Positions 46,195 through 63,415 of a stretch of 64,000 nt of DNA are shown in pieces. Every line of letters starts with the position of its first letter. Within the stretch, counting starts at the first letter, position 1. The position numbers and the translations under genes are program-made. This DNA is from the human T2T-CHM13v2.0 reference genome, Homo sapiens: assembly GCF_009914755.1 (NCBI RefSeq), contig NC_060928.1; one strand, written 5' to 3'. The notes beneath the pieces are model-generated. The model did no database searches. It had not been told where the DNA came from and saw nothing but the letters and a program-made list of their open reading frames with translations.

Positions 46195-47619
46195 TTATGA
46201 TTGGCCATGACTTTGAATTTGAAAAAGGAGAAAAAAGAGGACATAAAGTAGACGAGATTGTGTAAAAATGTGGTGGGATCAATAGGTTAACTTTCCAATG
46301 AGATCAAAAAACAAAGTAATGATCTGGAGAAATGGGAGGTGATGATCAAAGAGTGGGATTCAAAAGATGAAATTCTAAGGAAAACAATAATTGGAGGAAA
46401 AACATTCAAGGAACTGAGGGGGAGATAAAATCTTCACATATTTCAAAATTAGTGTAGTAATGAAATAAATAATGGATGCACAAACATTAATCTGAGACAT
46501 CACCAAGTCCAGAGGAATAAGATACAATAAATTACTATTGAATGTAGAAATAAGAAAACAATAAAGCTGTAAGGTTATAATCTCCCATTCTGTAAACCTA
46601 CTACACATGTTATTATTTGATAAAATATTTTTGGTCGGTTTTATTGTAGCTATGAAAACATCAATTTCTTATTCCCAACAGAGTGCAGAGATTCTTATTC
46701 ATGAATAACAAATATCCTAAATTGTTGCCACAGACCTGTTTGTCTATGCCATTTTCATTTTCATGTAGACTTTCCTATCTACTCTATAATGTTTTATCAT
46801 TCCATTTCATAATAAAACAACCCAGATCCTAGGGATTTTTTCCTGATAACTCTATTATATTTAGAATTATTTTTACTTTCTCTTCAGCATTTTGGCATTT
46901 GCACAGGATTTTTATTACTTTAACTTTGCATTTTTAGCAGTTCTTAGTTCTAGGCATATTCAATGTCTCCAAACTGTATACATATGAGCAACAATTGTGT
47001 CCTTTCTTTCCCACAATTGTCTGACACTGTGCAAACTAAGAACATAAGGTAAACACTCAACCAATGATTATTTCCCAGTTCTCCATGACTTCTACACAAA
47101 TTGGACCTTGCTGAAAAACACGTAAAAATAGTATGAACTATAAAACGCTCTTCATTAGACTGAAATTTCTCAATTAAGGACCATTATATTATTCTATGGA
47201 AACAGAAGCTAGAAGTTTGAATTTGTTTAATTTACTTTCTCCACACTTAAAGAAAGAGACCACATTTTTCATGTGTATTTGATACCCATAGTAGGGCAGT
47301 GGCTAAGAAAAGTTATTTTGAAAATAATTTAATTGTCAAATAAAATAGGAAATGTGTATATTGTCTACTTGGGCTTGCATGAGTTTTTAGGCAATGTAGC
47401 ATTAAAGTATATGACTTGTGAGTGTTCACATTTTCCCATTTTTCTACTTACTAGTGTAAGTATAAAGAGATAATGACTATCATGTACAAAGACTGGAGAG
47501 AGGTATGCACCATTTTATTTAAAAATGTTTTATGGCATTTGATTTTATTTATGCTTCCCTTTGTAAAAAAAATAGTTGTATACCATTTATTAGATGAGTC
47601 TGTATTGTATTATTTTTAA

Positions 47620-47735
47620 GAGTATGCATTAGGGGCCAGATGGCTTGAGTTGGATTATGAATTAATATATGTAAAGTGCTTAGAACAGTATCTGGCAAAC
47701 AAGTGCTGGACAAATGTTAGCTAATTTTATTATCC
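47620..47735 (+). mobile_element. MIR fragment (internally deleted)
   Basis: aatatatgtaaagtgcttagaacagtatctggca...aaatgttagct. Confidence 0.7.
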
Positions 47736-49126
47736 TTATTTTTATTATAAAACAACTACTGAATATAAAACCAGTAAACTTGAAATGAAGAAATAAGGCC
47801 AAAAGTAAAATAAGTGAAAAAATAAAATTCAATCTTGTGTACCTCCCAGGAAACTCAGGATCAAGAGGTTTAGAGAAATGTTAAAAAGTGACTTTGCTTT
47901 TCTCATTTTTCTGGCCTGAATTAATGCTCTCTTTTGATTATATAATTTAGATATGATATACTAACGGCACAAATTATTGAGTTATAGTCCTATCCTGGTG
48001 ACTTTGTTCTAAGCCTAGATTTTATAATCTGTAAATCGAAAATAAATAATAGTACTTGCCTAGAAGGATTTTAGTAATAATTAAAAAAGGCAAGTTATAC
48101 GATGTTCAATAAACTTTTCATTTTCTTCTTATTTTTCCTTATTATTGTTTTTATTGACATTATTATTTATGGCTGGGACATAAGTAGGAACAGACACTAA
48201 GCTAAGCAATTATTAATTATCATATTAGTAATGCAATGATCATAGATAATAAAATGTATACACTATCATTATAAATTAACTTGTCTATGTCAAACATGAT
48301 TTCCTCTGTTTTCCTCATATCTTTGTCAAGTCAGAATTGTGATTAAATATCAAGACCTTGTGGTAAGTAAAATAATAGAAGTACGTTTGTGGTTAAGAGG
48401 CAACACAATGAAAAGAGTCATTGACTATGTTGCAGTGCAGTAAAGGTTTTGGCCTGTAATGAAATACAAGTTTTGAAGAATCAACATTATCCTTTTTATG
48501 ACATGCAGCAGCTAGTAACATGCATAGTGGGAAACATTGCAGAATGTTTTCTTTTCTATTTTTAAAATTTATTTGAAATATCACAGAAATAGCCTGAAAT
48601 ATTGCAGACTGACCAAGCAGTGAATGTCATATGTGACCAAGCAGTGGATCTCATATATCAGATTGATACTTCTTACTCAATTTCACTAGGATAAGTACTA
48701 AATATATTTTATATTTGCATAATATTTTACAAGTTTTAATTGAATTAACAAACGTATTTAATATATTAAGTATGCATAGATAGCATTTTTTTGCCCAAGA
48801 GAAAATAAAAATATACAAAAACAAAGCAATATTTATGATTAGAAATTTGAAGAGAAACTGATGTGGACCCTAAATTACTTTGATTTACTAACTTCACTTC
48901 TGTGGTGATTTGTTCAAATTTCCCCGACTTTACTTTTTTTTTTATAAATGCTGATCCTACCCTGACATGCATTAGGAGACTTTATGAGTGGATATACCAC
49001 TGTGTGCGATACATTTATTAATAGGAAGCTCTCATAAATGCCAGAGAGCATGGGAAGACTGTTATATCTCAGGACTTCAGTGGATTTTCTTATCAGGAAA
49101 AATGTTTACAACCCGAAGAGTGGAAT

Positions 49127-49716
49127 TGTTAAAGTTTACCAGAGTCCTGTGATTCTGGGATACAGCAATGGTTGAGAAATTTCCCACTTTTCTGTTTTCT
49201 GAAATAGCTTACCACACAAACCTCCCATCCCCATAGGACTTACATTAGCCTCACAGATGCTTCCTTGTTTACCTATGACAAAGCCAGACACAGATTCCTT
49301 AAATTCTGGTTCTATGTCTCATAAACAATTAGCTCAATTGTTTTCTTCCCCACAGACACATTGGAGCAAAATGCTTGTTAAGATTCTTTTCTCCTCTAGA
49401 CCCTGCAACCAGCAAACAATCCCTCCTTATAGGTCTCTCTCAAGAAAAGACTGACCTTAGGATACAGCATTTCCTGATCGGCTGTATAATGATTTCACCT
49501 TTGCTCATCCTATTCCCCGACACCAGGTTCTCTCAGGCCTTGGTTATTCCCTTTCACAAAAGAAAAGCCCTTCTTTACCCAACATTTAAGAGGCTTGCAG
49601 AGTCTCCCTGTTTCAACAGTCATCTGCTCTGTCTCCCTCCCACTATTGCAATAATCCGTTCCTTCCCTCTTGCGATAAAATCTCTCTTTACATAAATTGA
49701 ATTGTTTTTCATTTGA
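49127..49716 (+). mobile_element. ERV1-class (MER4-group-like) solo LTR; family and 5' boundary uncertain
   Basis: ccttgtttacctatgacaaagccagacacag; ttgcaataatcc...gataaaatctctcttta...atttgac 3' end. Confidence 0.6.
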
Positions 49717-50356
49717 CGAGAGAAAAGTGAAAACTAAAAAGGGAAGTCACGTGGGAACACAAAGCAATTACTGAAGATATTAAGGTAAGATTTCATGATA
49801 CATTTTCATGATTGCTTTGCTCATAGAAACATAAACTAAAAACAAGAAAACCTGAAGTCATTTCCCTGCTCTACCTCTTATGAGTTGGTATGACATTGGT
49901 TAAATAATAAAACTTAAAAAAATTATTTTTCGTTCAATTATCTTCCTCTTTTCCTCTTTCTTTAGTGCCTCCTTCCCATTCTCTTGACCACCAAACTGAC
50001 TTAAATATGTTACCTCTTTGAATAATGTTTTCCAGAAAGCAATGCTTAATGTAAAGAAATGATTCACTAACAGAGTTTCAGGCAGCAGGACTCAGGTAGT
50101 CTGGGAGGGATTTCTGCATGGAGATATCTCCACTGTCCTTAAGTCATACCAAGGAGAGGCCATCAAATCCTTCTATTTGTGTGGTTGGCTCTGTTAGAGC
50201 AGATACTATTGTTAGTACCCGTTAACAACTGGCAATGACAGCCAGCGTTTCTGGTGATTTCGCTGGGAAATAGATCTGGCTCTGAAGAAAAGAATCTTGT
50301 CTTGAAGGAAGTGGAAGCATTTTCCCCCAGGAAAGGAATAAAAACAATCAATGGTT

Positions 50357-53300
50357 CTTTATTTTATTTTCTATTTCAATAGCTTTTTGGGGAACAGGTA
50401 GTGTTTGATTACATGAATAAGCTCCTTAGTGGTGATTTCTGAGATTTTGGTGCATCCATCACCTGAGCAGTGTACACTGTACCCTATGTGGTATTGCACT
50501 GTGGTTTTGATTTGTATTTCTCTGACAGTGATGTTGAGCATTTTTTCATATGTTCGTTGGCCATTTGTGTATCTTCTTTTGAGAATTGTCTATCCATGTC
50601 CTTAGCCCATTTTTTGATGGAATTTTTTGTTTTGTTCTTGCTGATTTGTTTGAGTTCCTCATAGATTCTGGATATTAGTCCTTTCTGGATGTATAAATTT
50701 CAAAGATTTTCTCCCACTCTTTGAGTTGTTTGTTAACTTTGTGGTTTGTTTCTTTTGCTGTGCAGAAGCTTTTCAGTTTAACTAAGTCACATTTATTTGT
50801 CTTGGTTTTTGTTTCATTTGTTTTGGGTCCTTGGTCATGAAGTCTTTGCCTAAGCCAATATCTAGAAGGGTTTTTACAATGTGATCTTCTAGAATTTTTA
50901 TGGTTTTGGGTCTTAGACTTAAGTCCTTCAGCCATCTTGAGTTAATTTTTTATAAGGTGAGAAATGAGAATCCAGTTTCATTCTCCTACACGTGGCTTGC
51001 CAGTTATCCTACCACCATTTGTTGAATCGGGTGCCTTTTCTCCACTTTATGTTTTGGTTTGATTTGTCAAAGATCAGCTTGCTCTAAGTATTTGGCTTTG
51101 TTTCTGGGTTCGCTATTCTGTTCTATTGGTCTATGTGCCTATTGTTATACCAGTAGCATGCTGTTTTGGTGACTATGGCAGTATTAGTATAGTTTGAAGT
51201 CAGGTAATGTGATGCCTCCAGATTTGTTTTTTGTTTGTTTGTTTTTGCTTAGTCTTGCTTTGGTTATGCGGGCTCTTTTTTTGGCTCCATATTAATTTTA
51301 AGATTGTTTTTCCTAGTTCTGTGAAGAATGATGGTGGTATTTTGATAGGAATTGCGCTGTATTTGTAGATTGCTTTTGTCAATATGGTCATTTTCACAAT
51401 ATTGATTCTACCCTTCCATAAGCATGGGATGTGTTTCCATTGGTTTGTGTCATCTATGATTTCTTTCAGAAGTGTTATGTAGTTTTCCTTGCAGAGATCT
51501 TTCACCTCCTTGGTTAGGTACATTCGTAAGTATTTTAATTTTTTTGCAGCTATAGTAAAATGATTTGAGTTCTTGATTTGATTCTCAGCTTGGCTGCTGT
51601 TGGTGTATAGCAGAGCTACTGATGTGTGTACATTAATTATGTATCCTGAAACTTTGCTGAATTCATTTATCAGTTCTAAGAGTTTTTGGATGAGCCTTTA
51701 GGGTTCTCTAGGTATACGATCATATTATTAGTAAACAGTGACAGTTTGACTTCCTCTTTACTGATTTAAATATGTCCTTTATTTCTTTCTCTTGTCTGAG
51801 TCTTCTGGGTAGAACTTCCAGTACTATGTTGAATAGAAATGTTGAGAGTGAGCATCCTTGTCTCCTTCCAGTTCTCAGGGGGAATGCTTTCTGTTTTTCC
51901 TCTTTCAGTATTATGTTGGCTGTGGGTTTATCATAGACGGCTTTTATTACACTAAGGTATGTCCTTTCTATGTTGATTTTGCTGAGGATTTTAATCATAA
52001 AGGGATGCTGGATTTTGTCAAATACTTTTTCTGCATCTATTGAAATGATTATTTGATTTTTATTTTTAATTTTGTTTATGTGGTGTACCACATTTATTGA
52101 CTTGCAGATATTAAACCAACCCTGCATCTCTGGTATGAAACCTACTTGATCATGGTGGATTATCTTTTTGGTATACTGTAGGATGTTGTTAGCTAGTATT
52201 TTGTTAAGGATTTTTGCATCTATAATCATCGGGGTACTGATCTGTAGTTTTCTTTTCTTGTTATTTCCTTTCCTGGTTTTGGTATTAGGGTGATACTGGC
52301 TTCATGGAATTAGGAAGGATTCTCTTTCTCTATCTTGTGGAATGGTGTTAATAAGATTGGTACCAATTCTTCTTCAGATGGCTGATAGAATTCAGCTGTG
52401 AATCCATCTGGTCCTGGTCTTTTTTTTGTTGGCAATTTTTTTAATTACCATTTCAATCTTGCTGCTTGTTTTTGGTCCATTCAGAGTTTCTATTTCTTCC
52501 TTGTTTATTCTAGCAGAGTTGTATATTTCCAGGAATTTATACATCTCCTCTAGGTTTTCTAGTTTATGTGTGTAAAGCTGCTCATAGCAGCCTTAAGTGA
52601 TCTTTTGTATTTCTGTTGTATTTGTTGTTACAGCTCCCATTTCATTTCTAATCGAGCTTATTTTGATCTTCTCTTTTATTCTTTTGGTGACTCTCTAATG
52701 GTCTATCAATTTTATTGAACTTTTCAAATAACAAGCTTTTTATTTCATTTATCTTTTTCTTTTTCTTTTTTTTTTTTTGGTTTATTTGTTTGTTCCAATT
52801 TCATTTAGTTCGCTCTGATTTTGTTTATATCTTTTCTTCTGCTGGGCTTGGGTTTGGTTTGTTCTTGTTTCTCTAGCTCCTTGAGGTGTGATCTTAGATT
52901 GTCTATTTGTGCTCTTTCAGGCTTTTTGATGTAGGCACTTAGGGCCATGAACTTTCCTCTTAGCACAGCCTGTGCCATATCCCAGAGGTTTTTATAGGTT
53001 GTGTCACTGATATCATTCTGTTCAAATAATTGTTTAATTCCTATCTTTATTTCATTGTTAACCCAATGATTATTCAGGAGCAGGTTATTTAATTTCCATG
53101 TATTTGCATGGTTTGGAGAGTTACTTTTGGAATTGATTTTCAATTTTATTCCACTGTGGTCTGAGAGAGTGCTTGATATAATTCAATTTTTAAAAATCTA
53201 TTGAGACTTGTTTTGTGGCCTATTATATGGTCTATTTTGGAGAATGCTCCATATGCTGATGAATAGAATATATATTCTGCAGTTGTTGGGTAGAATGTTC

Positions 53301-56300
53301 TGTAAATATCTGTTCAGTCCATTTGTTCTAGGGTATAGTTTAAATCCTTTGTTTCTTTGTTGACTTTCTGTCTTGATTACCTGTCTAGTGCTGTCAGTGG
53401 AGTATTGAAGTCCCTCACTATTATTGTGTTGCTGTCTATCTCATTTTTTAGGTCTAATAGTAATTGTTTGATAAATTTGGGAACTCCTGTGTTAGATGCA
53501 TATATATTTAGGATTGTGATATTTTCCTGTTGGACAAGTCCTTTTATCATTATATAATGTCTCTCTTTGTCTCTTTAATAGCTGTTGCTTTAAAGTTTGT
53601 CTGGTATAAAAATAGCTACTTCTGCTCACTTTTAGTGTCTGATTGCATGAAATATATTTTTCCACCCTTTTACCTTAAGTTTATGTGAGTCTTTATGTGT
53701 TAAATGAGTCTCTTGTAGACAGCAGATATTTGGTTGGTGAATTCTTATCCATGTTGCCATTCTGTATCTTTTAAGTGGATTGTTTAAGCCATTTACATTC
53801 AACATTAGTATTGAGATGTGAGATACTATTTTATTCATCATGCTATTAATATTTGTTGCCTGAATACCCTTTTAAAAATTATTTATTGTGTTTTTGTTTT
53901 ATAGGTCCTGTGAGACTTATGCTTTAAAGAGGTTCTATTTTGGTGTATTTCAAATATTTGTTTCAAGATTTAGAGCTCCTTTTAGCAGTTCTTTTAGTGT
54001 TGGCTTGGACTGGTGAATTCTCTCAGCATTTATTTGTCTTAAAAAGAGTGTATCTTTCCAGTATTTATGAATTCTTGTTCAGCTGGATAAAAAATTCTTT
54101 GCCAATAATTGTTTTGTTTAAGAAGTCTGAAGATAGGGCCCCACTCCCTTCTAGCTTGTAGGATTTCGGTTGAGAAATCTGCTTTTAATCTGCTAAGTTT
54201 TCCTTTACAGGTTACCTGGTGCTTTTGCCTCACAACTTTCAAGATTATTTTCTTCATCTTGACTTAAGATAACCTGATAAGTGCCTAGGTGATTATCTTT
54301 TTAAAATAAATTTCCCAGGTATTCTTTAAGCTTCTTATATTTGGATGTATAGATCACTAGCAAGTCTGGGAAAGTTTTCTTCGATGATACTCTCAAATAT
54401 GTTTCCCAAACTTTTAGATTTCCCTTTTTCCTCAAGAACACCAATTATTTTTAGGTTTGGGCATTTAAAATAATTCCAAACTTCTTGAAGGCTCTGTTCA
54501 CTTTTTAAATTCTTTTTTCATTGCCTTTATGGATTGGGTTGGTTCAAAAACCTTGTCTTCAAGCTCTGAAGTTCTTTCTTCTGCTTGTTTGATGTCATTG
54601 ATGAGTTTTTCCAGTATTTTTTTTTTTGCATTTCTCTAAGTGTGTCCTTGATTTCCAGAAGTTGTGATTGTTTATTTATGCTATCTATTTCACTGAAGAT
54701 TTTTCCCTTCATATCTTGTATTTTTTTTTTATTTCATTAAGTTGGACCTTACCTTTTTGTGGTGCCTCTTTGATTAGCTTAAAAATCAATGTTCTGAATT
54801 TTTTTTCTGGCAATTTAGGGATTTCTTCTTGGTTTAGATCCATTGATAATGAGCTAGTGTGGTCTTTTTGGGGTGTTAAAGAACCTTGTTTTGTCATATT
54901 ACCAGAATTGTTTTTCTGGCTCCTTCTCATTTGGATAGACTATGTTAGAGGAAAGATCTTGGACTCAAGGGCTGCTGTTGAGATTCTTTTGTCCCACGAG
55001 GTGCTCCCTTGATGCAGTGCTCTCCCACTTCCCCTAGGGATGTGGCATCCTAGGATCCAAAGTGAAGTGATTGTTATTTATCTTCTGGACCTAGCCATCT
55101 AGAACCAGGCTTCGAGTAGGTACTGGAGGGTGTCTGCACGGAGTCCTGTGTTGTGAACCATGGTCAGATCTCTCAGCCATGGATACCAGCACCTGCTCTG
55201 GTGGAGGTGGCAGGGGAGTGAAATGGACTCTGTGAGATTCTTTACTTGTAGTGTTGTTTATTGCACTAGTTTTGTTTTGGCTGGCCTCTTGCTAGGAGGT
55301 GGGGCTTTCAGGAGTGCATCACCCCTGGTAGTATAGAGAAGATCAGTTGGTGGGCGGGGCCTTAGAACTCCTAAGAGATTATATCCTTTGTCTTCCACTA
55401 CCAGATCCAGTAGAGAAAGACCATCAGGTGGGGACAGGGCTAGATATGTCTTAGCTCAGACTCTGCTGGGGCAGGGCTTGCTGTGGCTGCTGTGGGGATT
55501 GAGGATGTGGTTCTCAGGCCAATGGAGTTATGTTCTGAGGAGGATTTATTATCCTCCTGGGAACACGGGTACCTCTGCTGTGTCATGCAGGTTGCTAGGG
55601 AAGCAGGGGAAAGCCGGCAGTTACAGGCCTCACCCAGCTCCCACACAGCCCAAAAGGCCAGTGTCACTCCCACCATGCCCCCAACAACAGCATTAAGTTT
55701 ATTTCCAGGCAATGGATGAGCAGGGCTCAGAAGTTGCCCCAGGCTACCAGCCTCCTGGCTGTGAAAGCAAGCAGGGCTTTCAGGTTTTGCACCTCCCCCA
55801 CCTGCCATGGCTTCTGTGCTGTGCCTGCACTCCCATTTCACCCCTTCCCCCAGGTTCTGTCCAGAAAACTTCATGTTAGTTCAAAATTGTTAAAAAGTTC
55901 AGCTGGAAAGTTCTCCCTGTGGTCTCTTCCCAGTTCCTCTGGCAGCCCTCCCCAAGGACCTCTGCAAGACAAAGTCAGAAATGGCTTCCCTGCTACTTCT
56001 CCTAATACTGTGCTCTAAATTTCTCTCAGCTCCAGATAAGATCAAATCCTTCTCCCATGATCTGGACCTTCAGGTTCCCCAATGAGGATGTTTGTTCGGG
56101 GGCAGATGATCCCTCTTTCACACTTTCACACTTTGGGCACTCACAGTTTTTTAGCTGTCTTCTGGGGCTTACAGGCAATCTGCTTCCTTCAGAGGGTCTG
56201 TGGGTTCTTCTGGCTTTCATGGTATATTTCTTCAGTAGTTGTTGGAGCAAAAGTTCACAATATGAGTCTTCACATGCTGCTCTGTCTGTCTGAGTGGGAG

Positions 56301-56340
56301 CTGCCACTTAGTCCTGCTTTCTATCCGCCATTTTCCTTCT
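50357..56340 (-). mobile_element. Near full-length L1PB-like element (5'UTR, ORF1, ORF2, 3' end) with internal deletion
   Basis: 3' end ttggggaacagg...gtggtgatttctgagattttggtgca; ORF2 and ORF1 fragments in the track; 5' end reads AAAATGGCGGATAG on the minus strand. Confidence 0.9.
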
Positions 56341-57897
56341 CTCTCAGTCATAAAACTTTTGAGACTTGAATTTCTTTCCTTTTGAAGCAGGAATCACAAG
56401 TCCTCCCTCCAGGGATATTGAAAGGATTGAATGACTAATGCATATGAAAGGGATTAGAAACTTGCAAAGTCTCCTCATATTGCATTTACTTTGTCTATAA
56501 AGGGCTCTCCTCCACAGGCTGCTGATCACTCTAAACAGCTCCTATCTTATAAGAAAGGTTTAAAATATTTGGAAGATTATCAACTGTGATTATTTCTGCA
56601 GAAAAGAATAAAAGGTTAATAGAAAAATATAAAACTTAGCCAGCAATAACTCTACATAAGCACTGCTGATTTTTTAACTTGACTCTAAGCGTTTTCTTAA
56701 AAGACCTTCAAGCAACCCAGGAATAATTACCTAAACGATAATGAATACTATACTAGACAAAACAATATAAGGAAAATGATATATTTCAAGGGTTAAATAA
56801 AATTCACTTTAAGATCATGACATTTTATATGATTATAAAATACCACATGATGTTATTTTGGAAATAAATAAATAAGTGTTTATTTGGAAATAAAGAATTT
56901 AGGAAAAGTCTTTTAATGAGAGAGAAGCTTGCTGTAATCTGAACCTGAAATTAAAGTGTCTTTAATTGAAGTTGAGGAAAAATTATACTATCTTGAGGCT
57001 ATAGAATGGATCTTGCCATAAGAAAGTATTTTTAAATTACGAATCTTTAAGACTGAAAACATTTTGATGTTTTTTTCTGTAACACAGAGAAGTAGCAGTT
57101 TCATTCTTCATTTATCTTTTCAAACCGAGACAGATCTTTTTAAAGTTTATGCTTCAAAGTTAGAGTAGTTCTTTAACTTTCCTTTTTCCTTTCTCATGTT
57201 GAAGGACAGGCTCACCTGAATGTATTTCTTTGCATGCTTCTTAGTATCAAAAATCAATCTAATTTATATTATATTTCATATTCCATATATTATAAACTAG
57301 AGGAAACAAAATATTTTGGATACAAACTCATTAATTCTAATAAATTCTCTTCATTTTTTCAGGTGTTTTAAAGTTCATACACAATTTTTCTGACAAGAGG
57401 TAGTATGTTATTTAACTCTTAAATTTGTAAGTATTGTTAGCTTAATCAGGGGCCAACCATATCAATTACTAATAAATTTACTTGTATACTGAACAATATC
57501 AAGGACTTTTTAAAAGTTGAATTTTATGTCACACCTATGTTTTCAGCCTTGAGTTAAGAGATCCCATTTAAGTTATTGATCTTCATTTAACTTTAGAATA
57601 TCCTTATTGATGTTGTCTGAGCCATTGGTTAGCTTACTTTTCATTTCAGTTCTGGCCGTCAATGATATTGACCCAAAGTTTTGTTGTTGTTGTTTTGGTT
57701 TCTTAAATTTCTTTTATGAAAATTATCTTTTTGCAGAATAAAGACAATTGGAAAATATTTTTAAACTATAAAGCAGCAATATCACTGTATTTCAAAGTAT
57801 TTTTCTCCAACACTGAGAGACCATTAAACATCATGAGAGTTAAGACATAGTTGAAATTGCAAAAATCCAGCAACCCTAAACCTTAGTATTTATGTGC

Positions 57898-60322
<2,425 letters not shown>

Positions 60323-60465
60323 AATTGTTTTACCTACATGTCCCTGGTGTTCAGTTTATTCATTTATAAAATGAATTGCTGTTATGTAGTATTCCCTAAG
60401 ATCTCTTAAAAGCCAGCCTCCTAAGATCTGCTTAAATTCATTCAGAGTGTTAGAAATTAGGAGCT

Positions 60466-60780
60466 CTGGGGGTGAAGAATGATTGGTTAATGGGTACAGT
60501 CATATAGTTATGTAGAAGAAATAAGTTCTAATGTTTGATAGCAGAGTGGGGTGACTATAGTTAACAACCATGTAATGTATTTTTCAAAATAGCTAGAAGA
60601 GAGGGCTTGAAATATACCCCCAACACATAGAAATAATAAATGCTCAAGTGACATATACCCTAAATATCCTGATTTGATCATTACTATTCTAAACATGTAA
60701 CGAAATTTCACATGTACCCCATAAACTTTTACAATGTATCAAAATAAATAAGTAAAATAAAAGGTAAATTCATTTATAAA
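60466..60780 (+). mobile_element. L1MA 3' end
   Basis: aataagttctaatgtttgatagcagag...catgtaccccataaa; AAATTAGGAGC on both sides. Confidence 0.8.
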
Positions 60781-61034
60781 AAATTAGGAGCCTATTACGA
60801 TTGAATAATTTTCTACCAAACGAACCTAGTTCCTTTAAGTTGGCATGCCCATAACTTACTGAATATTGATCATGCATCAGCAAAACAGTAAACAAAAACT
60901 ATAATCTGCATACCACCCTTTATATAATATATCATTGGGTTTTACAAACAAATAAATAAACAGAACTTTCACCTCTTTCTGTTCCCTTTCCTCTGTCCTT
61001 ACCTTATCACTCTACCATCACACATATTACCCAT

Positions 61035-61384
61035 TGTCTTAGTCTGTTTGGCCTACTGCAAGAAAACATCAAAAACTATTAGTTTATAGACATTTATTCA
61101 TCATTGTTTTGGAGGCTGTAAGTCCAATATTAAGGTGCTGGCAGATTTGGTATCTGGTGAGGGCCCTCTTTCTGATTCATAGATAGCACTTTCTCTGTGT
61201 TCTCACATGACATAAGGGGTAAGGCTGCTTTCAGGGCCCTCTTTTGTTAAGACACTGATCCAAGTCCTCAGGGCACTGCTACCATGATCACTTCCTAAAG
61301 ACCCCACTTCCTACTAACATGACTTTGGCGGTTGGTATCTCAATATATGAATTTCGGAGAGACACATATATTCAGACCATAGCA
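61035..61384 (-). mobile_element. MLT1A-like solo LTR
   Basis: TGTCTTAGTC...TTCAGACCATAGCA termini; near-TSD CCCAT/CTCAT. Confidence 0.85.
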
Positions 61385-62640
61385 CTCATGTATTCTGATA
61401 TGTTTTCCTGAGTTTTTCCAGCATTGGTGGAAGTGATAGAGAGTTTTGTAACATATCATTGTGCCCTGAAAACAATAAAATGTGTTTAATTACTTGTGTA
61501 ACTGTGCTGAGCACCATATAGAACTTATAGCAACCATAGTTTGGTTTTGTTTAGTTTCATAATTATAAAATAAATATACTTCTTTCAAATGAAAGATATC
61601 ATGCCTTGGGTGGCAGACCTTTCAAACTGACCATTTCATGTCACGTAGGGTGAACTACAGGATAGTGTATATCCTAAGCTTTGCTTTCTTTTGACACCAA
61701 CGGTGCTTTACTCCTCGGTAAGCCAGTTTACCATTCTGTCTTTCTCTCTTTATTTGCAAAGCATAGATACTGATCTTTGCCTTGTGTGTGTTATGGAATT
61801 ACTCTCAGGATCAAAGGAACTAATACTTGTCAATCAAAGTACTATGTGAACAATAAAACATGAGATATTTTATCCAAAGTGAAATATCACCTCTTTGGAT
61901 GTTCCTCCGTAGATATCTGACACACATGATTACTTGCTTTCCCATACAGGCAGGGCTCATGTAAAATTCTAGGTACTTACAATTTTTGATTTTAAAAATT
62001 ATAAGTGGAAACATATACATTCTCTATTTCAAATTCTATATTCAGTAATTGTATTTCCATTTTATTGTATTACTTTCATTTATATACTCACACAAAACGG
62101 TAGAGAGCAGAAATATTAGGTAGTCTGATTGAATATATTTTGTAATGACTCTTTGAGAGTGACTTAGGTAATGTTGGAAATCTAAATATTTTTAGATAGC
62201 AAATTATCTCCCAAAGCCCCTGGAAGCTTCCACTCTTCATATAAGTAAAATAAATCCGAACCTTCCTATTTTAACTTAAAGACCCATGTTAGAACTACAT
62301 GAGTTTGCCTCTCCAAAACACTAAACATTAGCAATAGATTCAAATATACATTCACAAAATACAGTACAAAAAAATTCATAAGGTAGGGTCATAATTACTT
62401 GTTGTGTATAAATGATCATTGCCTTTAATTTGCAGATAAGATATCTAAAATTCAGAATAAATGAATTTTTTTTCATAATAATAGAATTAACCAAAAATAG
62501 AAGAAATTCTGCTCAATTATTTGGATTCTGATGGCAGGTATTAAAAAATCACCTCAACTGAATGCATTTCAAATAGAAGACTCTACTCATATGTACATTA
62601 TAAGTAACTCTGTCATTTCTCTGTTAAGCACTCATTAACT

Positions 62641-62952
62641 TTATTTTTTTTTATTTTTTTATTTTTTGAGACAGTGCTTTACTCTGTCACCCAGGATGGA
62701 GTGCAGTGGCGTGATGTCGGCTCACTGCCACCTCTGCCTCCCAGGTTCAAGTGATTCTTCTGCCTCAGCCTCCTGAGTAGCTAGGATTTACAGGTGTGCA
62801 CCACCATATGTAGCTGATTTTTCTGTATTTTTAGTAGAGATGTGGTGTCGCCATGTTGGCCAGGCTGGCTGCCAACTCCTGGCCTCAAGTGATCTGTCCG
62901 CCTTGGCCTCCCAAAGTGCTGGGATTACAGGCGCGAGCCACCACTCCTGGCA
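62641..62952 (-). mobile_element. Alu SINE, AluS-like
   Basis: TSD CACTCATTAACT on both sides. Confidence 0.93.
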
Positions 62953-63268
62953 ACACTCATTAACTGTAAAGTCTGGCTTTTGGACAGAAAAGTCAATATG
63001 CACCTTCTTTCGACCTTAATTCCTTTCTACCATCACTGCTACACTGAGTGCAAGGTTGTGTTACTTGTGGGCTCAGATTGGAAGGGCTCAGGAAGAAAAT
63101 TATTTCTTACTGCTTCTTATATAAAAGCGATGTCACTGAAGGGTTAATGAAATTTGGTCATTGATCATGTATCCATTAGCTTGAAAAACATGTTCAGTTT
63201 AACTACAACAATTTAAAAAATTATGTGTGATTAAAATATTACTTAATTTTTCTATAAAAGAAGAAAAC

Positions 63269-63415
63269 ACCTAGCTACCTTGGGAGGCTGGGACAGGAGG
63301 ATCACTTGAGTTCAGGAGTTTGAGGCTGCAGTGAGCTATGATTGTGCAACTGCACTCCAGCCTGGGTGACAGAATGAGATCCTATCTTAAAAATTAAAAA
63401 AAAAATTCAAAAAAA
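63269..63415 (+). mobile_element. Alu monomer fragment (FRAM/AluJ right-arm-like)
   Basis: ggaggatcacttgag...gaggctgcagtgagctatgat...poly(A). Confidence 0.85.

Noticed and set aside
48610-48657. 24-bp tandem duplication (similar ones near 10060, 6510 and 34950)
   Set aside because: Two-copy slippage duplications; not an array and not CRISPR-like.
57345-57370. Strong-looking splice acceptor TTCATTTTTTCAG|G
   Set aside because: No supporting ORF or other evidence; such motifs are frequent in T-rich DNA.
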